From: Felis catus | Taxonomy: Eukaryota | NCBI RefSeq assembly: GCF_018350175.1 | Contig: NC_058368.1 | Coordinates: forward strand, 106,022,001 to 106,086,000 | Length of the DNA: 64,000 nt | Direction of reading: 5' to 3' | In this document: positions 1 to 13,512 of the stretch, piece after piece | Layout of the letters: the number at the start of each line of letters is the position of its first letter | How positions within the stretch are numbered: position 1 is the first letter of the stretch | Notes under the pieces: model-generated | What the model saw: only the letters and a program-made list of their open reading frames with translations | What the model was told of the DNA's origin: nothing | The model's database searches: none | Translations under genes and position numbers: made by a program

Positions 1-77
1 ATAACTCTTGAAGCACTTAATTGTTTGCTTGATGAGATAAAACCAGATTGAGTGGGAGCCCATTTAAAGTATAAAAA

Positions 78-79
<2 letters not shown>

Positions 80-111
<32 letters not shown>

Positions 112-133
112 TGTTGTTGTTGTTGTTGTTGTT
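80..133. repeat. Compound microsatellite (TTA)n(TTG)n
   Basis: Directly visible. Confidence 0.95.
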
Positions 134-379
134 TTTGGTATTTAATTGTCATCAGGGTCATAAATCAAATGATTCACCTGGACATTAAATTCTTCTGATA
201 GCCACTGAACCTCCCCAAAAGAAAATGTTTTGTAATTTATCAAGAGGTAATCAACTTATGGTTATAATGTAGAGAAATTAACCTTCAGTGTGATCAAAAT
301 GAATTAAAAGTGGTGATATGAGAGAAATTTTCTTTGTTATTACCACTTAGCTAGTAGGATCTCCAAAGCAAATAAAAAT

Positions 380-950
380 AAATGTGAGCAGAACTCACAA
401 CTTTATTTTTATGAACCTAAGTACTTTGGCTTACTGGTAATTGCAAGGTCTGCTCAGCCAGAGGAAGGAGAATTAGTGGAAAACTCCAATGAAAATCTGT
501 GTGAGAAAGTGCAAAGGTAAGAATGTCCTAAAAATGGATGAAAATAATATTATCATATAAGAGTAAGCTTCTAACTCAGTTGCCATCATTAAAAGGCATT
601 GGAAATGACAAATGGAGATCAGCTGTGGTGACTATTTATCTCAAGAAACCTAATTCTTACCAAATGCAAATATTGTAGGGGATAGATTAAAAAAAAAATC
701 CCCAAAGAGAAACTACTAGACTTTTTCTTGGATTGTCAAGAAAGAAAGGATTACAGACAAGACTCTGAAAAATGATGAAAATGTTACTGTTAATTAAAAA
801 TTTTGTAACTTCCAGATGTTTCTGGGAATTTCAATTTCTTAGAAACTGTGGTAAGTTTAGTAAAGCACCTGTAGAAGTAATTAAATTTAGTGGAAGACAG
901 ATGAGAAATTTGCTTCAATTTAACAATTACTTGGTAAATGCTCAGTGAGC
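380..950 (+). mobile_element. Possible highly decayed CR1/L3-like LINE endonuclease relic
   Basis: Broken-frame fragments GNDKWRSAVVTIYLKK and LPDVSW loosely resemble CR1 EN motifs (RGGGVALYVK, GDFNYPDICW); weak. Confidence 0.2.
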
Positions 951-1129
951 TCATATGATAATTCTCAGGTGTACAGTTTTGCAAAGATAAGTGCAGTAGA
1001 TTATTGATCAATAGATATTTTGGCTTTTAGGAAAAAAATTACCTTGTGAACATGCAGATAATTTTCCATAAATCTCCATCTTTAATATTTAAAAATCATG
1101 AGGAATACACACGGGAAAATGTAGAAAAT

Positions 1130-2740
1130 ATAAATGTACAATATAACAAATATTTTTGAAATCCACTCATGAAATTCCTCCCAAGTCATACAGTAGAACA
1201 CGTTTAGTGCCCAAAAAGTACCCTGTGTGCTCCACCTGATCACCACATCTTTTCAACTTTTGTTTTCCTTTATAGATTTGCTCTTCTAAAAACAATATAA
1301 TTTAGTCTTCCCTCTTTTTGATATTTATATAAGTGGAATCATAATGCATGCATTCCTTTGATTCTTCATTTGGGGAATCTTTATGAAATTCATCCATGTT
1401 CTGGGGAGTATCTGGAGGAAAAATTCTTAATTGTGCATAGTATTTCGCTGTTTGACTATACCACAGTGTATCTTTTGCCATTCAACTATTTGTGGACATT
1501 TAGTTTGTTTTTTTTTTTTAATTTTTTGGCCATTGTAAGCACTTCCTTCAAAAGCCTTCTATATATTTTAGATCATATGTGCATGTTACTCTAGGGAATA
1601 TACCTGAAGAGAAATTGCTAAGTGAGAGGATATGCATACTTTGTAAAAAAATTTATTATTTTGAGAGAGATGGAGACAGCACAAGTGGGGGAGTTTTTTT
1701 ATGGGGGCAGAGAGAGAGGGAGAGAGAAACCCAAGCAGGCTCTGTGCTGTCAGCTTAGGGCCCGATGTGGGGCTCAAAGTCATGAAATATGAGATCGTGA
1801 CCTGAGAGGTCATGAAACTGAGAATTGGACACTCGACCGACTGAGCCACCCAGGTGCCCCAGGATATGCATACTTTTAATTTTGTTAGGTGACTTCAACT
1901 TTTATCCAAAGGAGTTAAACCAATGGGCATATGTTATAGCATTATAAGAGTTCCCACTGTGGTCTGTCCTTGCCAGCATTTGATTTTGCCAGACATTTTA
2001 AGATTTGCCTTATGAAGAAATGGTGAGGAAATCATGGTATCCCATTGTGGGTTAAACTTCATTTCCATACAGAAAAGTTTGGACACTATTCATGCTCTCT
2101 GAATTTCCTGTTTTAGATGTTTAAAAGTATTTAGATGTTTAAGTGTTTCATCTATTTGGGTAAGCATCTTTTTCTTTTCCATTTTGATTGATAGGAGTTC
2201 TTTATATATTTGTGATACTTGTCCTTATCATTTATAAGTAGTGCAAAAGAAACAAACAAAATCAGTGGCTTGTCTTTTTCCACTCTCTTTGTGGTGTCCA
2301 TTGATGAACAAAATTCTTAATTTTTATGTGGTCATATTTGTCAATTTTTTACTTTGAAAATAATGCTTTTTTTCTCACTTGAGATGCTTTCCCTACCCTA
2401 TAATCATTAAGGTGTTCTTTTATGTTATCTTCTTAAAGCTTTCTCTTTTCTAGTCTCTAAAAAGGTTTGTGTAAGAATTGAATTTGTTCCTTAGATTTTT
2501 GGTAAAATTTGCTGAGAAAGCCATTTGAGCTTGAAGTCATCTTTGTGGGAAAACTATAAACTATTATTCAATTATAAAACTAGGCTTTCTACAGTATTTC
2601 TTTTTGAATTTGTTTTTTCAAGTTTTATTTTTCTAGGAATTTTCCCATTTCACCTATGTTTTTAAATTTATGGTTAGAGTTGTTCATAAATTCTTTGTTA
2701 TCTTTTTTATGTCTGAATACTTACTCTAGTGTATCTTTTA
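1130..2740 (-). mobile_element. Old L1M (L1ME-like) ORF2/3' region, interrupted by a SINE
   Basis: T-rich strand with L1 antisense motifs (aagtggaatcata, tctagggaatatacctgaagagaaattgct, gttctttatatatttgtgatact). Confidence 0.65.
1643..1860 (-). mobile_element. CanSINE (tRNA-derived carnivore SINE)
   Basis: SINE body; 16-bp TSD aggatatgcatacttt. Confidence 0.95.
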
Positions 2741-2753
2741 AAAATGTTGTTTT

Positions 2754-2976
2754 GGGGGCACCTGGGTGGCTCAATCAGTTAAGCGTCCGACTTCGGCTCA
2801 GGTCATTATCTCACAGCTCGTGACTTCGAGCCCTGCATCAGGCTCTGTGCTGACAGCTCAGACCCTGGAGCCTGCTTCAGATTCTGTGCCTCCCTCTCTC
2901 TCTGTCCCTCCTCTGCTCATGCTCTATCTCCTGCTCTCTCTCTCTTAAAAATAAATAAACAGTAAAAAAATGTGAA
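2754..2976 (+). mobile_element. CanSINE
   Basis: ggggcacctgggtggctca head, CT tract, A tail, TSD aaaaatgttgtttt. Confidence 0.95.
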
Positions 2977-3759
2977 AAAAATGTTGTTTTTGAATATTTA
3001 TTCTCCTTTTATTGGCCTTAAAATCTCCTTATAATTGGTCCTCATAATTGTCAATTTTTCTTTTCAAAGAACAAACTTTTTATTGTTCTCTATATATTTG
3101 TCCTCCTTTTCATTAATTTTGGGCTTCTCTTTACTTTTTCTTTTCTTTTTTTTTTTTACCTTCTTTGATGTGATAATATTAAGTTTTTCATACATGAGTT
3201 ATACTTATCTCATTAACTTAAATTATTTTTCATTTTGATATTGACATCTTTGGCCATATATTATCTCCTAAAAACTGCTTTAGATTCATCATATAAACTT
3301 TGATATATTACATTTTCACTATTTACTGATAAAAAACCTTTTATAATTCGTTTTATAATTATTTCCTCAATCTGTGTATTATTGAGATATATCTTAATTT
3401 CAAACAATATTACATGTTTTCAAACATCATGTCCTAATATTTTGCTTGACAGTGTACTTTCAGTTTTGTAAATAGATAATCACTTAACACAGTTATTGAA
3501 TTGGAGAAGAATTAAGACGGTGAATTGGAGAAATGAACTTGCCTTACTTTGGCTCCTTATGTACATTACAATTTTCAACATGTAAAGCTCAAACCCCATG
3601 AAACCCAGGATTGTAAATTCTCTGATTATATCTCCATTGGCTCCACACATCTGCTTTTCTGACTTTCTTTACCGCCTATCTCTGATTCCTGAAATCTTCC
3701 ATATGGGCCCCCTGAATTTCAAGGTTAGTTATCAGTAAAATTCTTTACATGCTTAAACT

Positions 3760-4330
3760 TATTTAATGAAGATTCCCCTTACCCTCATGTTATTGCTGAA
3801 ACCTGGCTCTTATCTCAGTGGAGGCTGTTCTCTCTTCCAAACCCCCCATAGCTGGGCCTGGAATGGATATAAGGGCCTCTTTGCAACCTCATTGATGTTC
3901 ATGACTGTTCTACTCACCTTGCTTCCTAACATCTCTTTTATTTTCATATCATTAAACTCTATCAGATGTTTTCCCTCTTTGTTGTTTTCATCTATAGTTC
4001 CCTTGCTCACTATTTCATAGCTTTCAAAAGCTTTCAGTTTTTGACTCGCTGCCACTTTCTCCAACACCATTTGTTATAATTTTTGGTGAATTAAATATTC
4101 TCATAGATTATCTTTCCAAAATTCTGCACTATAAGTTTCTTCATCTCTCTCCTCCTTTGGTCTTGTCACCTACTATACCTTGTCTGTTAGTCTCATGGTC
4201 ATACCCTTAACCTTGTTATTGGTAATAACTGCCATCCTTCCATAGTATCATTCTTAAGCATCTTACTCACCCATAACTATCTCCTCATTTCTCCTTTATT
4301 TTCTCCAGATTCCTAAAGCAAAGATTGTTT
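3760..4330 (+). mobile_element. L2 ORF2 endonuclease relic
   Basis: Decayed motifs IAETWL, IIFGELNI (GDFN-like), HGHTLNLVI (HGHTLDLV-like). Confidence 0.6.
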
Positions 4331-4339
4331 ACGTTCCAT

Positions 4340-4847
4340 CTATATTCCCTTGGCTCAACTTTTTCATCTGAAGTTATGGTTCCCAACATTCTGGTAGAAG
4401 AAGTCGGTGTGTCAATCACTTGTGACTTTCATCTTCTCTCTTCTTTTCTGAGGACTGTGTCAGAAAAAGGAACTTGTCATGGGAATCCCCCTCCTATAAA
4501 TGCAAGCACATTTCAGAAGTTTAGGGAGATGGTGTATAACATTCCCATGGGAAACCCTCAACCAATGGGCATAGTCAGTAAATAATGTCCCAGTTTCCCT
4601 GTCTTTGATAGGACAATTCTGAGGCATATCCTACATGGTTTTCAGGTTGTCCTCTATGAGACTGAACTCCAATTTCCCAGCTTACCTGGATTTACTTGCT
4701 TTTGCTTTTTTTATTTTTTTATTTTTTGTTACTATCCCACTTCCTCATTTCCTCACTTGGTGCTTCCTGGAACTATCTCACAAATACACCACCTGCGTGT
4801 ATTTTCTTGTCTCAAGGCCTCTGCTGGCGAGAACCCAGTCTAAGATA
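4340..4847 (+). mobile_element. ERVL solo LTR (LTR16-like)
   Basis: 3' end tgcttcctggaactatctcacaaata...gtctcaaggcctctgc...gaacccagtctaagata resembles the LTR16 terminus; 5' boundary approximate. Confidence 0.6.
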
Positions 4848-5286
4848 TATAACAACATCAATAGTTCTTTAGCTCCCTTTGGGACCTGCATTCCACTGAT
4901 CCTGCTGTTTTTTCTCTGGTCTTCACTGCATTCCCTCATGTTCTGATTTCTGTTCCCACTCATTTTAGAGTTCATGGAACATAGTTATAGTCACTCCATT
5001 GTATGTGCTCTCTTTCCCTTGCTCTTCCCAGTCTTTGTCATATAGGCCTGGCCAAATCTTAAGCTTTGTTAAATCTCACTCAGTCTGCTATTAATCCTTT
5101 TCTCTGATTTATTATGACAAATCTGCAAGAAAATATAATCTCTTTATTTGTTCATCTGTTGCTCCGTATTAGAATCTAAATACCATGAAATCATGATTTT
5201 GCCTGTTTTCTTCATTTATGTGTCCACAGTGCCTAAAAATGTGGCTGGCACATAATAGGGACTCAATAACTACTTTTTGGACAGCT

Positions 5287-5347
5287 GAATAAGGCTGGAA
5301 TCACCTCCATAGTGTTCTTTTATATGGAGGTGATTCCAGCCTTATTC
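5287..5347. repeat. Perfect 25-bp inverted repeat with 11-nt spacer
   Basis: gaataaggctggaatcacctccata (5287-5311) is the exact reverse complement of 5323-5347. Confidence 0.97.
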
Positions 5348-5699
5348 CAGTGTTTTAGGCAATGTGGGATTCAGAGTTATCCACAGATGGCTCCTGAGGA
5401 AGACATAATCCTTCCATATATTTCCTTTACTCCACTTGCACCTTTTTCTGTTCATACCTACTTATCATTGGTGATATCATGACTCTGAAAAATCAGTGTA
5501 TAAAAAAGGATTTCTTTGACCAAAGTCTGGTATTTGGGAAATTATTTTCAAATCTTTAACATCAGCCAAGGTGATTTTCCTCCCTCCTAGGATGGATCAA
5601 AGCATATAACCAGTTTAGAATATTTCAGTATGTCTTTTCAGTTGTGTAAACAAAGCATAGCACTGAGTCGTGGCGGCTTATAACGTTCTTTTCATCTGA

Positions 5700-5960
5700 A
5701 ATAATAACTTATTGCACACTTACTGTATAACAGGCACTGCCATAAATGCTTTATGTATTTGATTCATTTATTAGATAAACAATTCTATGATAAAGATTTA
5801 TTTCTATTTCTATATGAGAAGAAAGTCTTGTTGAGAGGTTGAATAACTTTCTTGAAGTGTCGTAACTAGTTACTAAAGGACTTGGTATTCTCTATTCCAT
5901 ACATGAAAACCAGCTTTTCTGATTTAAAGCTTCAGGATCTTAATTACTGTTCTGTACACT
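5700..5960 (-). mobile_element. MIR
   Basis: ataataacttattgcacacttactgtataacaggcactg...gagaggttgaataactttcttgaag core. Confidence 0.7.
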
Positions 5961-7753
5961 ATTTTCTTTTACTTCACATAAAAATAAAATAAGACAGACT
6001 ATTTGCCAGTGGGCACTTATAATGTGCCAGGCATTTTATGCATTATATGAGAAAGCCCTTGAACAACAACATGTAGTTGTAAGAACGTTGGGTTGCAGGC
6101 TGAGACTGGATCTGTCTCTTTCATCCCTAGAAACCACAGACAGGACATTTAAGTTCTCTGGTCTTAATCATTTTCATCTATACGTCCATCTGTTTAACAC
6201 TAAATGCCTGGAACAGTGACAGATCTTAAGAAATGCATAATGAAGGAGAAAGTTTCCATCTATTGAGGTGATTATAGTCTAGTGGGAGAGACAGTTGTTA
6301 GTAGCCAGTTAGTTACTCCTCAGAATGGAAGGTGCTATGACAAAGGAGAGTATGAGATGCTTTGGAAACACAGGAAGAACATGAGTTGGGGGGGATGTTT
6401 CCTCTTTAAAATGAAGGCTTTGCACTAAACGAACTCAGAGGCCCCTAGCAGTAACCAATAATACTCCATACGATTAAAGGAGGAGTCTCAGAAAGCACAG
6501 TAATACCCCCTTTGCCTCAAATTAATATTTGTGGGAATTTAAAGGCTCATTGTGACATTATCTCTTTATACTTTTTACATCTTCCTTTTACCCATTCACC
6601 CTCACTTCAGGCAATGTTTCTCCCATGTAAAGCCCCTGCATCATTATCACCCTGTGCTGTAATAAAAACAAAACAAAACAAAAAACAAACAAACAAACAA
6701 AAAAACATTTTGATGTCTGGGTTTCTCCTCAGACCTACTGATTCACTCTCAAGAGCTGCAGCCTGTAAGTATGGCACTTTAACAAGGATCCTAGGTGATA
6801 TCCCAGAACTTACACCGTTCTGGGAAACTACCTCATAGTAGGATCCCTCATATTTAAAATAAGGCTCTTTGGATTGTCAGAAAAAGAACAGTCTAGGACA
6901 AATACTAAGCCATAGTGAAAAACAGCTTCAAGAGTAAAGTTATATGGTGTGCCATTATTTTTATTTAATAATGAGCATGTTAAATAGTATATTTGATATT
7001 GTTAAAATGGTTCAGGTTTAAACCAGTTTCTCTGTCAAAAGGGGAGCTACTCATCAATTTAATACCTTCCACTGTTAGAAGTTCTTGATGACCTGGAGTT
7101 TGGGCCTGAGTCTTTATGACATTAATCTCAGAAATTATTGTCCATGTGGAAAGACACATTAGGCCTCTCTTAAGAAAAGCCAACTTACAGTTAATTCTCA
7201 TCATGTAATTCTTCCATTTGGAGGGACTGTCTTAGAGAAGCAGTGGTCATGCATGCAGCTTTTGTCAGAAGACCCAAAGAGGCTCTTTTCAAGTGTTTAT
7301 AAAATATTCAGGTATCTAGAACCCTTGATGACAGCCCTTCACTTGCCCCTCAGGATTCATTCTAGTTCAGATTTAGGAAATAGGTGCTTCTCACAACTGA
7401 ACTATCAGGATTCATTATGATCTCAATGACACCAGCAAATAATGCTTACGCTTTGCATAATGTGAGCTCATTATTGTCAATACCTTTTATATCAATGGTC
7501 ATATCATCCTTATAAGAATCCTAAGAAGTTGATATATTAAAGTTATTTGACAAATAAGCAAAAAGGTGCAGAAAAGTTTAGTGCTTTGCTTAAAGCAACC
7601 CAGCTCATAACAGAGCCAGAAATACCACTTTGTCCCTTGATATCAGTTCCATCTCATGCTGCTTTCTCTTTGAATAACTTACACAACCCTGAGAATAACT
7701 TCTTGTCCAGTGAAGTATGGATAAAGGAACAAGGCACTGAAAACTTAACTTGG

Positions 7754-8236
7754 TGTGGTAGATAAAAGTTGGCCACCAATTTACTATTCTTCCTATGAGA
7801 AGGTGGAATGTATTTTTCCACTACCTTTGTTTCCACTGGCCTTTGTGACTTACTCAAGCAGTAGATGAAGTGAAAGGCCCATTCCAGGACAAGGTTGCAG
7901 CATTTGCCTGGCCTCTGAAACATGCACTCTTGGAGTCTTGAGTCACCATGTAAGAAATCGACTTCTTTGAAGAAAACATGCAAAGAGATCCTGAGACTGA
8001 ATAATGATGGAGAAGTGCCCAGCTGAGGCCAGCCATCCAGCCACCCATACTAGAATGACATCGGAGATTCTCCAGATCTGTCCTGCCCTTAGTTGATGCC
8101 AAATGGAGCGAAAGAGTCAAGAGTCGCGTCTTGCTTGGATTTCTATCACACATAATCATGAGACAGAATAAGGTGTTTGTTGTGGCCACTAAGTTTTGGG
8201 GTAGTTTTTTTACCTAGCAATAGATATGAAGAACAC
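7754..8236 (+). mobile_element. MaLR solo LTR (MLT1-type)
   Basis: tgtggtag start; end ccactaagttttggggtagttttttacctagcaatagatatgaagaaca typical of MLT1. Confidence 0.8.
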
Positions 8237-10749
8237 TGTTAAGAACACTGAAAGAAGAAACACTGAAGGAAGTGCTATTGAATTAAGACTCAGTAAGATC
8301 ACCAGCTGCAGTGTTTACCTAAATAAATATCCATTGTTTCTTTTTCCCACATGATCTCTACTCCTTAGGCTTAAGAGTCACAGTGAACTCTGGGGTCTTT
8401 TAAACTACTTGGCTGTTAACAATAGGTATTTTGGGTGAAGAGTAAACTACATACCCCTTGATCCTCCCTACCAGTGATCAGTCACCATCCCATGACTATC
8501 CATCAGACCTCATACTGTGCATCACATTCTCATCTTAGCCATCTGCCACCTTCAGGAAAACTCTCCTCACTCAGTGACTTTAGTTTGTAAATCTCCTCTC
8601 TATCTCCTCCCCTGTTGTTTTCATCAGTGTCTTCAATATCAAATTCTTGCCCCTTTGACATGCCACCTTCATGGTTATCTAACCTCCTTAATTCTGTCTC
8701 TCCACTTCTCCATATTCATTCACTGATAATATTTGTTTTTGACCTACTCATTCTTAGGAAGTATTCAGCCTCTTCTCCATTTCCACTCTTTGACTACAAT
8801 CCCCTTTCTCACACCATTAAAACATAGATATTCTCCAAAGTTTGCCCTTAGTTTTCCTCTTTTCTCTATTTTCTGTTCTAATGGCTTCCTCATTGCCTTG
8901 AAGTTGATGACTTGGGTCAAGACTTCCCATAACGAGTTTAAAATTACGTGGTCCTGCAGTAGTAAACCCCTTATGTTGAACATAACATGAATCTTACTTT
9001 TCTTCTCTTTTCCTAACATTCCTGTTTCCATAAATTTCACAACCAGTTTTCCTAAACTCTGAACTCTAATCTCAGGCCATCTAAATCCTTTCCTTCCTGG
9101 ATCTGACCTCTTCAGCTTCATCTGATTTTCCCTTCTCTATCCTTTTTTCCACTCTAGCTATATGATACTTCCCTTAGTTTCCTGAATAAATCTTGGTCTC
9201 TCCCAACTCGGGTCCCTCCCATGTGCAACTTCTTTTCTTTCTAGAATGTTCTTCTCTCTTTCTTCACTTCTTTACTTATCTTCTGTGTCTGTCCCTGTTA
9301 CTTGTCTCCCTAAGAGCCTTTATCATCTTCTTCTTTGCTAACAGAATACTACCCCATAATTTTTTTCAGATATTGACCACATATGTACTTCATGAGCACT
9401 TCTCCATTTGCAAAATTAAATGTCTATCAATAATAAGCATATTATGGTCATTCTGTTTTTCTCACCATTGGTTGTTTTGGGCATTAGCACATGAAGGATG
9501 TGCATTAACCAACGTATGTTCAGGAGGCAGCAACCATATTTTAACAGAGAGCTTCAATATAGTGATTAACCAGATATTGAAGAACTGGAAAGTCAAAAAT
9601 GGAAAATTCAGGTATCACACAAGAAATAACTGCAGGAAGAAGCAAAAACAAAAGGTTGGAATTACTGAGCTCAGAAGTACAGAGATGGGGCTCCATAGAG
9701 AGCTTGGCTCCACACATGTGCAGAGTAGATTCTGGCTGGCTGTAGTGTTAGTGTTTCTGGAAGAGTGTAAGGAGGTAGAAACTGAAATCATTTTGCTGTT
9801 CCTCCAGGAGCTAATGGTTGCCAGCAACTGAAGTAGCATTGTTGGGGTTACCCTGACAAACACAATAAACAGGAAGCAAAAAATTCCTTCACCCTCTTGC
9901 AGCCACACAGTTTCTCTCTAGCACCCTCTATCACCAGAGCATAACAGGTAGCAAGAACTCTTTCTTTCCAAGCCACATCCTTCTAGTATTCACTTTCTTT
10001 TCATGCTTTTTTTTTTTTGGACCATTACTTTGGATTACCCCTTACACAGACTCTTCTCATAACTTCTAGTCTTTTCCATCCTACATGGTCCAGCTCACCA
10101 CTTCCTATGTCCATCATATCTTCCAATTTAATGTGACCATTTTGTTCTCTGATTTGTATGCCTCTTTCATAATTTTTATTTTCTGCCTCCTTTCATTGTG
10201 AGTTATGTACATGCCTTCACTCAACATTAAAAGCATAAGATTTGGAGTCAGACAGAATTGGGTTCAAATCCTGAGTCCATTACTTAGTAGCTCTGTGTTA
10301 ATTTAGAGGCACAAGGTTCTTGCACGATCTGTGCTCATAAAATTCCTTTAATGAATAGAGTTTAAAAGATCTTGGTATATTTTAGTGATCTCTTGCACAG
10401 TATTACAGTGTCTCTAAATATGAATTGTTTTACATAATATTCTTATATATTGGCAGTCAAGATACAGGCATGTCACTGAAAAGATTTCTCTGTAGACTTG
10501 GTGAATTAACATGGAACTAGAGTGTATTCTCTTCTTTCTTGAAGAGTTACTACCACTAGATTCCTTTTGATTCTTGAACAGATTGACGGACTGAAACAAA
10601 TGTCTCATTTCAAGGATGATAGATCATTAAGCTCCGTAGCCATTAAGAACTTCTACAGAATCATTTTGAATGTTTTTTCACCAGTAAATTGCAATTCCTA
10701 TCATCTAGATTTATAATTCGTAAGTAAGTCATTAAAGATTTAACATAGG

Positions 10750-10923
10750 ATGTGGCGCCAGGGTGGCTTAGTCGGTTGAGCATCCAGCTTCGGCTCAGGT
10801 CATGATCTCATGGTTTGTGAGTTTGAGCCCCACGTCCAGCTCTGTGCTGACAGCTCAGAGACTGGAGCCTGTTTCAGATTCTGTGTCTCCCTCTCTCTCT
10901 CTGCTCCTCCCCTGCTTGTGCTC

Positions 10924-10963
<40 letters not shown>

Positions 10964-11006
10964 TCAAAAATAAATAAACACTAAATTTTTTTTAAATAAA
11001 TAAAAT
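10750..11006 (+). mobile_element. CanSINE
   Basis: SINE body; TSD atttaacatagg. Confidence 0.95.
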
Positions 11007-12992
11007 AAATATTTAACATAGGTTGAAGGAGAACATAATTTGTTGTTATGTTTTATTTGTAATGCATATGCCTAGAAGAGTATTAGGAGAAAATACAGAA
11101 TTTGGATAATGTTGAATTTGGGGGATCCAAAGAAATCCTAGGGATTTGTTGGCTAATCTTTTATCCTTTCAGAAACTTGCTATTAATCATTAGAAATAGA
11201 ATTTTGCTAACACTGCTGCAGCTGTTTCAGATTGGAAGTGGTGCTGTCCCGCCAAGGTCTGGTTCTGTAAGAGTCTATTGCGTTTAACAACAATGGAAAG
11301 GGCAGGGGCGGGGGTGGAATATCACCAACCTGGACGTGGGCCAAACTGAACAGGAATTAAATTCCTGCTGTTTTATTCTTGTTACGGACAGAAAAAGGTC
11401 TAGGCAAAATAATGAAAGCTTTGCATAGTCTAAAGGGAATTTAATTTGCCTAAAAGCCTAAGCTGTTTCGAAAATATGGTGAGGTGGGGTAAGGAATTAG
11501 GGTAAAAGAAAGTTTTGAGGATAGATTGGAAAAAGAAGGATGTCAAATATTGGAACCTAAATTGTGTATGCATAGTTGAATGGGTCTTTGAAAGCAAAGC
11601 TTAAGTTTCTCTATACGCTTTAGAGTTTTTCAAGAGTGAACTGCATCTTTCCTAAAAGCAGGTTTAACCTCTAGTAATGAGGATATAATCTAATCTCCTG
11701 CAAGGACTATATTAAGAAAATAAAGGTTGTATTATTCCCCCTGGTTTGAAAGTGAATGGAAATTCTACCCCCAGCTCCATCAAGATTGGCTTAACCACCA
11801 ATGTAAATTACTCTTATTTGGTTATTGATGTCATATGCTAATGTTTCTTGAAGCAAGAACAGACAACCAGTTCAGCTTTGTAGTGAAGCAGACATGGGCC
11901 TCAGTGCTGTTACAAGCTTGGCAATCACGAGAAACTTCCTTCATTTCTCAGCCTCAACGTCCTCATCTGGAAAGAGCAATAGGGCATAGGGTTGCAGAGT
12001 GGTGAGAATTTTGTAAAGTGCCTAATACAATTCCTGCAGCACAGAGGACATCCTCCATAAGTGATAACTAGTACTGTTAGGTTTTTCTAGTATTCAGGTC
12101 TGATTTATATGTCTAAAGAGGCTTTGACAGAAAGGTAATAACATATTTCTGCTATACGTAAAATGGCACCAGTTTAATGCATACTCCTCTGTAGAATAAA
12201 TGGTTTTCACTCACTTTCACCCAGAATTCACTGATAATTCTCAGATACTGTCACCCAAGTTACTCCTATTTACTTGTCTCTGTCGGGTCAGCAGCAGGAA
12301 AAGCAAGCCTTAGATATTCTTAATATTGTTAGGGAGAAAACAGAAAAAAATGACCAGTACTAGCTTGGCAGTCTTAGGAGGGGGCAAAACTATTAGACAA
12401 AAAGGTTTTCTGAATGTGATCTGTATTTTGAAACTGTGTTGGAAATTATAGAGCTTGCCTCTTCCGTTCCGTTAGCCCCCTGAAGTTAATTGAAGCTAAA
12501 TTACACAGTGCAAAGTTAGACGCAGAGACTCCTATGAAATGTTCCCCGCTCTCTATAATGTATCCTTCTACATGCCAGCTTTGAGAATTGCAGAACTGAG
12601 TAACTAAAGTTCAGCTGGGTCATAAGTAAGATGACATGAGATCATTAATTCTCTGCCATTTAAAACAGGTCATCTTTCTTTGAGTTCTTGTTTCAAGCCC
12701 AATGAGGAAGAGCTAGGAACAGATTGGGGGTGTGGGGTGGAATCCACTAAAGATCCAACTCTTTGTAAACAGAATGATTTTTATACTCCGTTCTGACTCA
12801 CGTATGTACCCGAAGAAATAAAGACCAAGAAGCAACTTCATTGTATAATTGAAGAAATAGATCTTGTTGTCTTTCCACATACATTCCAATTCTGCTTCCT
12901 TATTCTCTTCTTTATTTTTACTTGATCATAATCATTCATTCTTATAGAAAGAAATTTTAATCATATCAAAGTCATCTTTCTCACCCTTTTCC

Positions 12993-12995
<3 letters not shown>

Positions 12996-13026
<31 letters not shown>
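12996..13026. repeat. (CT)n microsatellite
   Basis: Directly visible. Confidence 0.95.
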
Positions 13027-13030
<4 letters not shown>

Positions 13031-13320
13031 TCATGGTTGACTGGAAAAATGAATAAATAAGTTCCTAAGAGGCTGAGCCCAGGGCCTTTTGATGATACAG
13101 AGGGAATCCAGATGTTCACACTGGCCCCCACCTCCTATAAAGAGTTTCATGGAATTTGTTGCTGGTCATAATATGCCTCCTAAAAGAGAGGAAACTTTTA
13201 CAGGTATCATAAAATTAAGTTTCTACGTTTTGTTTTAAGTAGCACATGAAAAACATATCTTTTAGTGCTGACTGGATTCTGTATGTTCTCATAGAGGCAT
13301 TTGCTCAGTATGATGTCATT

Positions 13321-13512
13321 TTTACAAATTTTTAAATTTTATTTTAGAGAGAAGGAGCGAGCAGGGGGAAGGGGAAGAGGGGGCAGAGAGAGAGAATCCC
13401 AAGGAGACTCCATACTCAGCATGGAGCTGATGTGGGGCTCAATCCTATGACCCTAGGACCATGACCTGAGCCGAAATCAAGAGTTGGGTGCTCAAACGAC
13501 TGAGCCACCCAG
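13321..13512 (-). mobile_element. CanSINE (older subfamily)
   Basis: catgacctgagccgaaatcaagagttgg...ctgagccaccca; T-rich tail on the left. Confidence 0.9.

Noticed and set aside
5591..5627. Possible exon (cctccctcctag|...|gtatgt)
   Set aside because: 37 nt, mediocre donor, no partner exons or recognisable peptide.
6786..6846. Imperfect hairpin (ggatccta/taggatcc; tcccagaac/gttctggga)
   Set aside because: Short stems within sequence resembling a MER5-type DNA transposon end; probably a relic or chance.
9193..9831. Longest ORF in the window (212 aa)
   Set aside because: Non-ATG start, low-complexity L/F/S content, spans decayed L2/LTR-like sequence, no recognisable domain.
10414..10690. Coding-looking minus-strand stretch (possible retrocopy)
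   Set aside because: No recognisable protein, polyA or TSD.
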